Part shown: positions 55,596 through 64,000 of the stretch, piece after piece
How the letters are laid out: each line of letters starts with the position of its first letter
Numbering within the stretch: the stretch's first letter is position 1
Virus record (IMG/VR): IMGVR_UViG_3300045596_000094
Coordinates: 205,039-269,038 of that record
Length of the DNA stretch: 64,000 nt
Strand: one strand, 5' to 3'
Source: a virus
Lineage: Duplodnaviria > Caudoviricetes
Notes under the pieces: generated by a model
The model's database searches: none
What the model saw: the letters and a program-made list of their open reading frames with translations, nothing else
Told to the model about the DNA's origin: nothing
Program-made: the position numbers and the translations under genes

Positions 55596-55892
55596 CTATA
55601 AGAAAAGAAAGTCTAAGGGCAGTGTATTAAGGTAAGAACCTATAGATACAATTGCGAGAATACAGATGACGGGTGTTCCGTCTCGCCATTCATCTTCGAA
55701 TCGGTTCTTCTCATCTTGAATAAGAACATCGAAACTATATTGGGTAGGCGCAGCAGTTACTACTTCATTGTAGTAGTATCTGAATGTAAAATATCTTAAA
55801 GAAATTTTGGCTAAATGTAAAAGGGTTGTGATTAAAATTAAGCCGAATGTGATGAACATAAACATAGACATGGTAAATACTCCTGTAAACAC
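55596..55892 (-). CDS. Two-TM membrane protein (start probably MSMFMF)
   Basis: AGGAG RBS; two hydrophobic helices. Confidence 0.65.
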   Translation of the reverse strand: MFTGVFTMSMFMFITFGLILITTLLHLAKISLRYFTFRYYYNEVVTAAPTQYSFDVLIQDEKNRFEDEWRDGTPVICILAIVSIGSYLNTLPLDFLFL

Positions 55893-55928
55893 AGTATACG
55901 TGCAACAAGAGTATTTATTTACATAAAT

Positions 55929-56168
55929 CTACCACGCCAAGTAACCGCAGTACACGATTATCACGAAAAATATTATCAGCCAGACTACGACCAATAACTC
56001 AATAATGAAAACCGTTGTATTGTTAAAATTCCGATGCTTACCGTGAACAACCCAGCTACGTGTACGCTGATACCATTTGCGGTAAAAAATATTACCTACC
56101 AACCTAATACCGCAAACAGCGATAGTTAAAATGGCTACTTTAAATAACAGCGATGCGAGTAGAATCAT
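55929..56168 (-). CDS. Two-TM membrane protein
   Basis: Two hydrophobic helices. Confidence 0.65.
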   Translation of the reverse strand: MILLASLLFKVAILTIAVCGIRLVGNIFYRKWYQRTRSWVVHGKHRNFNNTTVFIIELLVVVWLIIFFVIIVYCGYLAW

Positions 56169-56175
56169 GATTTAT

Positions 56176-56622
56176 TTACCCATGTGAAGTTAATGTTTCT
56201 TGGCTAGCTTCGGTTTTACTACTTTCATCTGTGTCGCGCAGGATTTCACGTACTTCTTTTACTAAATGGCGTTTCTTCCAAAACCACCAGGTGTTTTCAT
56301 ATGCGTTCACTTCCTGAGCCAGCAATAGAAGATTATGATCAATGATATCATGATCTGCTTCGAAATTATGGTTTGAAAGAATCGCGATGGTTTCTGTCAA
56401 CGGTAACTTATCTAAGCAATAACTCACAATCAGCTCAAAAGCTTTACGGTGACGAGATGTTAGAAACTTAGTGTTTAGTACTGATGCTTGTGAACGTAGC
56501 AGTTTAAACTCTTCCTCGTATAAACGTTCTAGGAAATCGATTGGATTTTTCCCATTCAGTTTCATTTTAAAAACTTGATCTGCATGCTCATGGATTGAGT
56601 GTTTTACATTAATGGTTGACAT
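56176..56622 (-). CDS. Hypothetical early protein
   Basis: AAGGA RBS; first gene after the promoter repeat. Confidence 0.75.
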   Translation of the reverse strand: MSTINVKHSIHEHADQVFKMKLNGKNPIDFLERLYEEEFKLLRSQASVLNTKFLTSRHRKAFELIVSYCLDKLPLTETIAILSNHNFEADHDIIDHNLLLLAQEVNAYENTWWFWKKRHLVKEVREILRDTDESSKTEASQETLTSHG

Positions 56623-56666
56623 AAAGGGATTCCTTGATGAGGTTATTGGGGAATAGAATTTACTTT

Positions 56667-56709
56667 CCTATTCACTTAGATAGTGTATAAGTGAAAATAT
56701 TTTAATTGA
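56667..56709 (-). promoter_or_regulatory. Putative early promoter repeat
   Basis: cctattcacttagatagtgtataagtgaaaatattttaattga has the same length and ends as the 10681/52724 copies. Confidence 0.7.
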
Positions 56710-56757
56710 GAATAAATGACGGCATAAATAAAGAGCCTCGAAAGGCTCACTACTTAA

Positions 56758-57693
56758 TTAACATTTAGTAAGATTTATCACTGTTTCTCGATTAATTTTA
56801 AAATGAAATGGAATTGCTAAATCCAGATATTTTTCAAACTCTTCCTCATTAAACAAAGGATCGGGATTTGATAACATACCTTTATACGTACCCATCTTAA
56901 TTACCGACAATATAAATGGTTCAGTAAAAGTGCGATCAGCTGTGATATAGTAAATAGAGTTCAGCAGTTGCGCGGTAAGTAACTTTAACCCCGTTTCTTC
57001 AAACGCTATCTTACCTGTATATAGCTGATCCAATACCTGAAGGACATGTCCTAAATAATCACCTACCGCAGTACCAAGTGTTAACGACGGCATATATGAC
57101 AACGTACCGTCCACCATTATCTTCATGAATTGGTCAGGCTTTACTAAATCGGCAGGTAGACTTTTGTGAGTGTCTGTAAAATTTACTATAGCTAAACCCT
57201 GAAAATTTTCAATTGTAGCTGGCTGGGATGCCAGTGTTTTCAAAGGTTCGGCTACTGTCTGCTGATACGTGTTCATGAAATCAGTTACCGCCGAAAGACA
57301 GCGAGATCTAATCGTTTCGATATCATGTTCAGGATACAGATCCGCAGACAACGAAAGTATCTCGCACCCCAATATAACTGCTTCAAAATTCAAAGCATTT
57401 ATAAGGTGAGGTCCTAAAGACCAGTTCTTCATGGTGCTGTAGTCTTTCTGCCATATGGAGGTAATGATTGCTCCAACCATGTCATTCAGAACACCCACAT
57501 GCCGTTGCACTCGTTTAACCCACGCTTTAGCTTCGTCGGTTTTACTAAAATCAATAGGGTTGTTGAGATTCTGAACAACCTCCCGATCTAAGGAGATTAA
57601 TATCGATCGACTCGCTGCTTGGACGATTGGATCGGATTTACCGACCCAACCAGAACGACGAGTATATTCGGAAATATACTTCTTATCAATCAT
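56758..57693 (-). CDS. Hypothetical protein (311 aa)
   Basis: ATGA-coupled to DHFR. Confidence 0.75.
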   Translation of the reverse strand: MIDKKYISEYTRRSGWVGKSDPIVQAASRSILISLDREVVQNLNNPIDFSKTDEAKAWVKRVQRHVGVLNDMVGAIITSIWQKDYSTMKNWSLGPHLINALNFEAVILGCEILSLSADLYPEHDIETIRSRCLSAVTDFMNTYQQTVAEPLKTLASQPATIENFQGLAIVNFTDTHKSLPADLVKPDQFMKIMVDGTLSYMPSLTLGTAVGDYLGHVLQVLDQLYTGKIAFEETGLKLLTAQLLNSIYYITADRTFTEPFILSVIKMGTYKGMLSNPDPLFNEEEFEKYLDLAIPFHFKINRETVINLTKC

Positions 57694-58196
57694 GCAGTTG
57701 GCTCCAGATTGAAATAGGTGTATTGGACATCTACACTTTTAGGGATATCCAGATCTAATTTTACCAAGGTTTTCCCAGGAATAGATTGAGTGATGGTGTT
57801 AATAACAGAGATATAAGCTTTGTCTAAATATTCTAAGAAAGCTTTATAAATAGTAGCTCCACCACAGATCATTATCTCATCACTCACGGTATAACTCAAC
57901 GCAAGCTCCAATGCTTTCTCTGGAGATTCTACTAAGTGATGTGAGTTTAAATCCGAGACCTTACTTTGGAGTTCTTTTGTCGGGTTAGCCGAGATAATAA
58001 TTACTCGACGGTTCTTCAATGGGGCTGGTAATGACTCAAAAGTTTTACGCCCCATGATGCAAACTTTACCAGTAGTGAGTTTACGAAAGTGCTGCAAATC
58101 AGCTTTACACCGCCAAGGAAGTTCATTGTCGATTCCGATATTGTCTTCTAAGTCCCGTGCCACAATAAGAGATATCTTCGTATTTTTAATCATCAT
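57690..58196 (-). CDS. dfr: Dihydrofolate reductase
   Basis: IGIDNELPWRCKADLQHFR, IMGRKTFESL, LKNRR and ICGGATIY motifs. Confidence 0.95.
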   Translation of the reverse strand: MMIKNTKISLIVARDLEDNIGIDNELPWRCKADLQHFRKLTTGKVCIMGRKTFESLPAPLKNRRVIIISANPTKELQSKVSDLNSHHLVESPEKALELALSYTVSDEIMICGGATIYKAFLEYLDKAYISVINTITQSIPGKTLVKLDLDIPKSVDVQYTYFNLEPTA

Positions 58197-58659
58197 TTTT
58201 ACTCGCTGTAAGGTATTCGGATTGACAACGCACCCAGCCCATAAGTTGAGGGTATATTTCTAAAAGGAAAAGTTTGGATTTTTCTTTGTCAAAGCTGTGA
58301 TAAATAAAATACTGATTTGCCATTGCGAGGAACCGTTGTAGTACAGTCAATCGGGCGGCAACATGCTTAACAGCTTCCAGGTAAACGGCTGGGGCACGAT
58401 GGAAATCGATATCGATAGAGAGGTCATTCAATCCACCAAGCAAATGCCCTTCAAACGTAGTGAGGTCGTATTGGTCACCCTTCTCTCGAATAATATCTGC
58501 CACATTAATAACCGTTCTAATTTTGCGGTCTAGAAGATTAATGAGACTATGGGTTTCCTGATATTCCTCAGAGAGTCTAAGTTTAGGTAAGCGTTCAGTT
58601 ATGGCGATTGTTTGTTTCCATCGTCTGTCCAGAGTTTCCCGATTCATCATTTCTTGCAT
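58186..58659 (-). CDS. Hypothetical protein (157 aa)
   Basis: AAGGA RBS; overlaps the DHFR start. Confidence 0.75.
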   Translation of the reverse strand: MQEMMNRETLDRRWKQTIAITERLPKLRLSEEYQETHSLINLLDRKIRTVINVADIIREKGDQYDLTTFEGHLLGGLNDLSIDIDFHRAPAVYLEAVKHVAARLTVLQRFLAMANQYFIYHSFDKEKSKLFLLEIYPQLMGWVRCQSEYLTASKNDD

Positions 58660-58712
58660 TGTTATATTTCCTTAAAGTAGGGATAGTGTTATACTATCCC
58701 TTTTGACAGTTT

Positions 58713-59093
58713 TTAATTATGCGTTTCACACCCAAAAGTAACGGATACCCGGAGTTCTTCATCTTCCCAGTAATCATCTACGAGGACACGTAGGTCACAG
58801 CGAGTGACTTCAGGCCAACCCCGAAGATCAATTAACTGCCCTAGACGATCTTGATCTATATAAAAGAAATATAAATCTTGATGCTCATCATGTTCGTAAT
58901 TAACCAATCCCGTGGAATGGAAACGTTTCGCAATTCGTCGGGATAAACCTTCAGCATCGCGTTCACGTTTATAGGTAGGGATAACGATTAATTCGCCTTG
59001 ATGAACTTGGGCTTCTTTAAATTTTAAGTTATCTAAGATAACCGCCATTTCTTTAACAAAACCCATAGGTGCTGGAAAAGTGCTTACTAACAT
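58713..59093 (-). CDS. Hypothetical protein (126 aa)
   Basis: AAGGA RBS. Confidence 0.75.
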   Translation of the reverse strand: MLVSTFPAPMGFVKEMAVILDNLKFKEAQVHQGELIVIPTYKRERDAEGLSRRIAKRFHSTGLVNYEHDEHQDLYFFYIDQDRLGQLIDLRGWPEVTRCDLRVLVDDYWEDEELRVSVTFGCETHN

Positions 59094-59107
59094 GAGGTTG
59101 ATTCCTT

Positions 59108-60136
59108 CTAAGCTTTGATTTTTTCGCTACAGATGTACGCGGTATAAGCTAACCGTTTCTTTCTGTAGATCAGATAGAACTTCTGCATATTTGCAGCGAG
59201 TTGTGTGAAGCTGTGCGGGTCTCTCCCGTGAATGAAGGAGATACAGCGTTCTTTTCTAAAGTGCCCTTCGTATCGAGCAAAGTAATCAATCATATCCTTG
59301 ATTGGCTTTAAATGCTCCTTATAACGAGGATCATCGAAGAACCTGCGTTTATACGATAAAGACGGGAAGTTAGCTTTGAGATCCACTACAGCTTCAAATA
59401 AAGCATTCGCATACTTCTTCTCAGTACAATCGGCATTGACATATGTCAAATGCTCATATCTCTCACCCTTTAGATATTTTTCTACCCGCACAATACCTTC
59501 GATAGGTACAGACGTCAGATGTTCGATATCGGTCTGAACAGGTAACTGCGAGTCAATTACTGTCCGCATCATATCGGCTATGGATTCCAAAGGTTTCAAA
59601 TACTGAGAACCAACGCATTCTTCCCCACGATAAAACTGTGCTTTCTTAATCTCGGAGATATATTCCTCTAAGATCTGGATGCGTGTTCTAATCATCGTTT
59701 CAAATGCTTCTCTAGATGCGTAGGTTGATGAATCGTAACGAGGCATACAGCTATACTGTTTAGTTACAGTTTCGTATATGGAAGCCGTGTACGCTATCCA
59801 TGAACACATCGTGGTACCTTCAGTGATATGTTCGAACTCGCGTTCATCAGTGGGTATGTAACTGTAAAGCCAACCATTGCGATTTCTGTAGAATTCATAA
59901 CGGTAACACCCATAGCTGATCTTTTTACGAATCACCCAACCATCTATGTTTTCTTTACCCGTATGGAAAGTTAACATTCTATCACGGGTAATAATGAACG
60001 CTTCCCCTTCTGGATCAGGACGCTTATCTATATTTCTAGAGAAGCGTTTTACTTTAGAGACTTTCTCCAGTGTAGTCCAAAGTTCTTTTCTCCCCACATC
60101 TTTCTCTGTGGGGGTAAGACCAAATCCTGCGCCCAT
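59108..60136 (-). CDS. Hypothetical protein (342 aa)
   Basis: AAGGAG RBS. Confidence 0.75.
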   Translation of the reverse strand: MGAGFGLTPTEKDVGRKELWTTLEKVSKVKRFSRNIDKRPDPEGEAFIITRDRMLTFHTGKENIDGWVIRKKISYGCYRYEFYRNRNGWLYSYIPTDEREFEHITEGTTMCSWIAYTASIYETVTKQYSCMPRYDSSTYASREAFETMIRTRIQILEEYISEIKKAQFYRGEECVGSQYLKPLESIADMMRTVIDSQLPVQTDIEHLTSVPIEGIVRVEKYLKGERYEHLTYVNADCTEKKYANALFEAVVDLKANFPSLSYKRRFFDDPRYKEHLKPIKDMIDYFARYEGHFRKERCISFIHGRDPHSFTQLAANMQKFYLIYRKKRLAYTAYICSEKIKA

Positions 60137-60149
60137 AATTGTTGACTCC

Positions 60150-60659
60150 TTAATTAACCATAGTACTACTACCGCAGTTTAAACATTTATGTACTTCGGC
60201 ATAACTACCTACTTCTACTTTAGTATAACCAATCTTACACGACTTACACGTTTGACCCGTTATGTGTAAATAGATTACATATTTAGCAAGTAAGTTATCA
60301 TCCAAATGCGGTTGCATTTCTCGTAATTGCGCCATCTGTTTTGATTTGATAATCAGTTTACGCGACGGTAGGTCGATCTTCTTACCGTGACGCAACGAGT
60401 TAGAAAGGATAATGTCGAATATAAATTTTGCATAGCCTTCGGGTGACTGATCTGGGTAATTTGAATATTCGTCCGCCCAAGTGCGGAAAGCGCCATGAGT
60501 GATGAATCGCATTCCGTAATTACGATCAGTATAAATGTTAATCACGTGGTCAGCGATTACCAAGCCAAACTCAACAGGACCTTTGTAGTCTTTGACGAGT
60601 TTTTGCAGTTCTTTATAAACTGCTGTTTGATGTGTTTCTAGATTAATGTCTTCTGACAT
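60150..60659 (-). CDS. Hypothetical protein with C-terminal zinc ribbon
   Basis: CKSC...CLNCG; AGGAG RBS. Confidence 0.75.
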   Translation of the reverse strand: MSEDINLETHQTAVYKELQKLVKDYKGPVEFGLVIADHVINIYTDRNYGMRFITHGAFRTWADEYSNYPDQSPEGYAKFIFDIILSNSLRHGKKIDLPSRKLIIKSKQMAQLREMQPHLDDNLLAKYVIYLHITGQTCKSCKIGYTKVEVGSYAEVHKCLNCGSSTMVN

Positions 60660-60668
60660 CTCTTTCTC

Positions 60669-61241
60669 CTAAAGATAAACGACGGTAGGTCGATTTCGTG
60701 TATATAAAAAGTTTGTGGTGTTAAAATCTTTTATGAAATATCCCACTGCCAATGGCGGCGCTGGGTTATTTAAAGCATGGATTCTATCTTTAAATCTTTG
60801 ATCAAACCAGGATGGTGCGATACCTACCATGGATGATACTTCCTGCCATGAATGTCCGAACCCCACATATGCTGCTAAATCAGTTAACGTATCTAATGGC
60901 GGTAACACCACATTACCCCTGCCCTTGAAACCGTTAACTCGAAGATAGTGAAGAATCAGATTTAAGTGGAAATAATCCACATCTTCCTTACCTGCAATTT
61001 TAATGAGGAAATCAAAAATAAAGCGAGCCACCTGATACCGTGTGTATGCTATCTCAAAGACGCGTGGTTCGGTTGATATCCATAGTGATAGGATTACTGG
61101 CTCATTTTCTACATCAATTTCCAGTCCGTTAAGAACACATTTTAGTTCCTCTAGTACCGATACGTTCGGCTCAGTTCCAAAAATGTCAATCCAAGGTAGT
61201 ACACAATTCGTTCTAAGTGTTTGGTTATTGGTTTTCTGCAT
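60669..61241 (-). CDS. Hypothetical protein (190 aa)
   Basis: GGAG RBS. Confidence 0.7.
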   Translation of the reverse strand: MQKTNNQTLRTNCVLPWIDIFGTEPNVSVLEELKCVLNGLEIDVENEPVILSLWISTEPRVFEIAYTRYQVARFIFDFLIKIAGKEDVDYFHLNLILHYLRVNGFKGRGNVVLPPLDTLTDLAAYVGFGHSWQEVSSMVGIAPSWFDQRFKDRIHALNNPAPPLAVGYFIKDFNTTNFLYTRNRPTVVYL

Positions 61242-61254
61242 GTTAATACTCCGG

Positions 61255-62877
61255 TTAAGAATTAGTGTTGTCGAATAGCCACTGTTTTATTGTTGCCAAA
61301 GCGGGTGCAGGTAACTCTTTATTCCGTAACCCTTTTGCCTCAACAACCCACCAGCGTGAACCGCCATCGACTTTGTCTTGAGACTCCTCGTCTTGAGGCT
61401 CCACAATTCCCCGTATGATAGAATCATCGGTGGTTGGATCGTATTTTGCTAGATGTATGGTGTATCCAAATTTATCACTAGAACTATTTACATGGAAAGC
61501 TATGTTTTCCTTGTTGTTCAATTCCTCACCGTAACCGCCAATACAGTGCCGCATCTTAACCCCTTCAGATTTCAATTCAATAGAATTACTCAATCGAATA
61601 AATGAAAGGGTCTCTCCGACGGCTGTTACCTGATCCGATATGGTTAGATCGATATCTGGGAATACGATCTTTTCACTTATCTGTTGTTCTACACAGGTTT
61701 GGATAATGCTGGAATAAATTTCAAGCAATTCAGAGGGCGTTGTGGATACAGTAATCAACCCTTCGTATTTTGATTCCGTTTGGTCGGTGATAGCCCTTAT
61801 GATATTAAGCAAAACGGTATGTGTGTGAATCGCTATTTCTTCACCATTTTTACCATAGTACATCCGAGTACTCTCAGTAAATTGTTTATGATACTGAGTC
61901 CACCGGTATAGCTCCAATAAAGCTACATTGACTTGACTGGGTGGGAGGGTCGTAAACAATTGTTTAACATCAGAGTAAAAGTAAGAATCCCTATTGGGAA
62001 ATCCATGTGTGGCACGATCTAGGCAACCAAACACGACATCACGGAGTCGTGCTATTGGTGTAGGTGCGGTGTTTGAGTTGACCTGTTGTTTAAATAAACA
62101 CCCTAGAGATTCTCCAAATCTACGTAATTCATGGTTGTGCCTTATACGGGATTCTGCGACTCTGGTTATAGCCGATTTATTTATGCTATTTAGAACAAAC
62201 GTTTTAACTTTCGGCGAATAGTCAGTAAGTCCGGATTCAAATATCTGTCTATGAGTAACACCCATTGCAATGATTGATTCCAATGATATTTCATTGGAAG
62301 TAAGATCCTCGGAACAGTCCCAATAGAAGGGTTCTACTTCTGTTTGCTTTATTTCTTTTAAGAAATACACCGTATTTAAGATACGGCTAACTTCGGTAGT
62401 ATTGATCTTACCCTTTACTTCAAAATAACGTTTCAATAATTGACGTGTTAACTTTTTAACCGTTGGTAATAAATAGTGTTCTAGATCGCTGATTAGCAGA
62501 TTATAACTATAACAGGTGTTTTTCGGGTCGTAGTCAGCTACCAGTTGCGGGTAGGTTAAAATTAGCTTGATTTCATTTAATGGGTCTACCCCTGAATCCG
62601 TTATTTGATAATCGTAAATTTCTATTAATTCACGCAAAACAAGTTCATCCATACGTTTTAGGTCTGGGAATTTCAATCTTAAAAGATTTACAAAATCCCC
62701 ATTCGTTGTATAAGGGATCGGGATGAAATTTGAAGTGAACTGCTCTAACCAATACCAGAGAATATGGTGTTTCATTCTGGCGTAGGTGGATTCCACATAA
62801 CTAGGGATTAATGCGTTCAAAATAATTTTCTTACGGGTATCGTTGGCTATTGCTAAAAGATAATCTTCGTGTTTCAT
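61255..62877 (-). CDS. PcfJ-like domain protein
   Basis: C-terminal LSNSIELKSEGVKMRHCIGGY...EAKGLRNK pattern typical of PcfJ-like domains. Confidence 0.7.
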   Translation of the reverse strand: MKHEDYLLAIANDTRKKIILNALIPSYVESTYARMKHHILWYWLEQFTSNFIPIPYTTNGDFVNLLRLKFPDLKRMDELVLRELIEIYDYQITDSGVDPLNEIKLILTYPQLVADYDPKNTCYSYNLLISDLEHYLLPTVKKLTRQLLKRYFEVKGKINTTEVSRILNTVYFLKEIKQTEVEPFYWDCSEDLTSNEISLESIIAMGVTHRQIFESGLTDYSPKVKTFVLNSINKSAITRVAESRIRHNHELRRFGESLGCLFKQQVNSNTAPTPIARLRDVVFGCLDRATHGFPNRDSYFYSDVKQLFTTLPPSQVNVALLELYRWTQYHKQFTESTRMYYGKNGEEIAIHTHTVLLNIIRAITDQTESKYEGLITVSTTPSELLEIYSSIIQTCVEQQISEKIVFPDIDLTISDQVTAVGETLSFIRLSNSIELKSEGVKMRHCIGGYGEELNNKENIAFHVNSSSDKFGYTIHLAKYDPTTDDSIIRGIVEPQDEESQDKVDGGSRWWVVEAKGLRNKELPAPALATIKQWLFDNTNS

Positions 62878-62904
62878 GATAGTTTCCTAAAAGGACATAG
62901 TTGA

Positions 62905-62931
62905 GATTCCTCCCCGCAAAGGGGAGGAATC
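62905..62931. terminator. Terminator hairpin
   Basis: gattcctcccc-gcaaa-ggggaggaatc. Confidence 0.85.
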
Positions 62932-62933
62932 GA

Positions 62934-63449
62934 TTATGAAAATGCTTTTAAGCTAGAGCGAGTAACTCTAAAGTATCCCGTATACGGGTAAAATTCAATA
63001 TACGGAAAAGTGGTATTGTTAGGTCTACCGAATACATTGGTTGCGTACTTCTTTAAAGCTTTCTGCAAGGAGGCTATTCCGCGACCAGCATGTCCATGTT
63101 TCTCAGCCCACTTGTTCATGTGCGACGCGGAATCTTCACCGTACCTTTTCTTTTCCAATAAATATTCTTTAGTGTCTTTCAATGCCCAAGCTATATTTAT
63201 TGGAAGGGTAGTGATATCTATTTCATTCTCATAAACGGGTTGAGAATCATCCACCATTTTAGATCCGAGTATTTGATCTTTCCCTAAAGGATAGACAAAT
63301 AATTTCACCGCATCTACGCTAGCACCTACCGCGTCAGTTAATGTGGCTTGTTTGTTCGAAACATCTATATCGGATTGGGTTAAGTCCCCTAATTTTCTAA
63401 GAGATTTTACATAATCCAATGAGACATTGCTGTAGTAATAGAAGTGCAT
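62934..63449 (-). CDS. Hypothetical protein (171 aa)
   Basis: AGGAGG RBS. Confidence 0.75.
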   Translation of the reverse strand: MHFYYYSNVSLDYVKSLRKLGDLTQSDIDVSNKQATLTDAVGASVDAVKLFVYPLGKDQILGSKMVDDSQPVYENEIDITTLPINIAWALKDTKEYLLEKKRYGEDSASHMNKWAEKHGHAGRGIASLQKALKKYATNVFGRPNNTTFPYIEFYPYTGYFRVTRSSLKAFS

Positions 63450-63469
63450 AGAGCCTCCTGTCGATTACA

Positions 63470-64000
63470 TTAAAATGATTCATCACTCAGCGCATTGTTT
63501 TGTTCTATAGAATTAGGTTGGATAAGTTCAATTACCTTATTCCATTCCTTTAGATCGGAACGATCCTTGACCACCATCACTGTATGTTTTTCCAAATCGA
63601 TAGCCTCTGGTTTATTGGTGATAAAACGATCTGATTCTAAAGTAAACATGTGTCTGAACATTTGCGTTTGTGCCGTTGTAAATGAAGTGATCATCACCAC
63701 AACAGATACTCCTGCTTTCTGGTTTAGAGCAAAGTGTCTAAGGTCTCGAAGTGCCATCTGCACTGCACGACCTTCATCCGGCATTTCTAGAGTTAATCCG
63801 AAACACAACACAATATTCTTATTACCTGATTTCTGAACATCGGAGATTAAATTCTTCAATTGGTCAAGATGAGAACAAAATCGACTCCCACCAAAAAACG
63901 CATAAGGATCGGGCATAACAACTACTTTATCATTACACGAGGGGTGTAGTCCTGTATTAACTAAATTGACACGGTACTCACCGTAACGGTCGTGAAGTAA
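63470..64000 (-). CDS. Hypothetical protein, 5'-truncated by the window edge
   Basis: The frame of 63470..63916 stays open for 28 more codons to position 64000 (LLHDRYGEYRVNLVNTGLHPSCNDKVVV-MPDPY). Confidence 0.65.
   Translation of the reverse strand, partial: LLHDRYGEYRVNLVNTGLHPSCNDKVVVMPDPYAFFGGSRFCSHLDQLKNLISDVQKSGNKNIVLCFGLTLEMPDEGRAVQMALRDLRHFALNQKAGVSVVVMITSFTTAQTQMFRHMFTLESDRFITNKPEAIDLEKHTVMVVKDRSDLKEWNKVIELIQPNSIEQNNALSDESF

Noticed and set aside
1-64000. CRISPR array, tRNA genes, IS elements or integrase
   Set aside because: No regularly spaced direct repeats, cloverleafs or transposase/integrase motifs were noticed by eye. The repeats found are dispersed single copies.
1-64000. 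Alternative genetic code (stop-codon reassignment)
   Set aside because: Long core genes are intact under code 11, and TAA, TAG and TGA all terminate plausible genes.

Overview
A 64-kb segment of a phiKZ-like (Chimalliviridae-type) jumbo myophage genome of roughly 40% GC. An embedded spanin pair indicates a Gram-negative host. The conserved core comprises: head-maturation protease (phiKZ gp175-like), three virion RNA polymerase subunits (gp178-, gp180-, gp149-like), a ~2450-aa tape-measure protein with two C-terminal muralytic domains, UvsX, RNase H, SbcC ATPase and the central baseplate spike. Accessory content comprises: a lysis module (M15 endolysin, i-spanin with embedded o-spanin, candidate holin), DHFR, several nucleotide-handling enzymes (NDT-like/Nudix fusion, MazG-like, CYTH, degenerate macrodomain) and clusters of small early genes behind a repeated 43-bp promoter-like element. 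The most notable unexplained features are a ~530-nt densely base-paired non-coding RNA candidate directly behind a 155-aa gene (3820-4356) and a ~140-nt small RNA candidate at a divergent TATG promoter. Also notable are a paralog split by a -1 frameshift at AAA-AAG, six perfect CCTAGG-centred palindromes, and identical ribosome-binding leaders shared by unrelated genes. All family assignments come from motif recognition and synteny by eye; no database searches were run.
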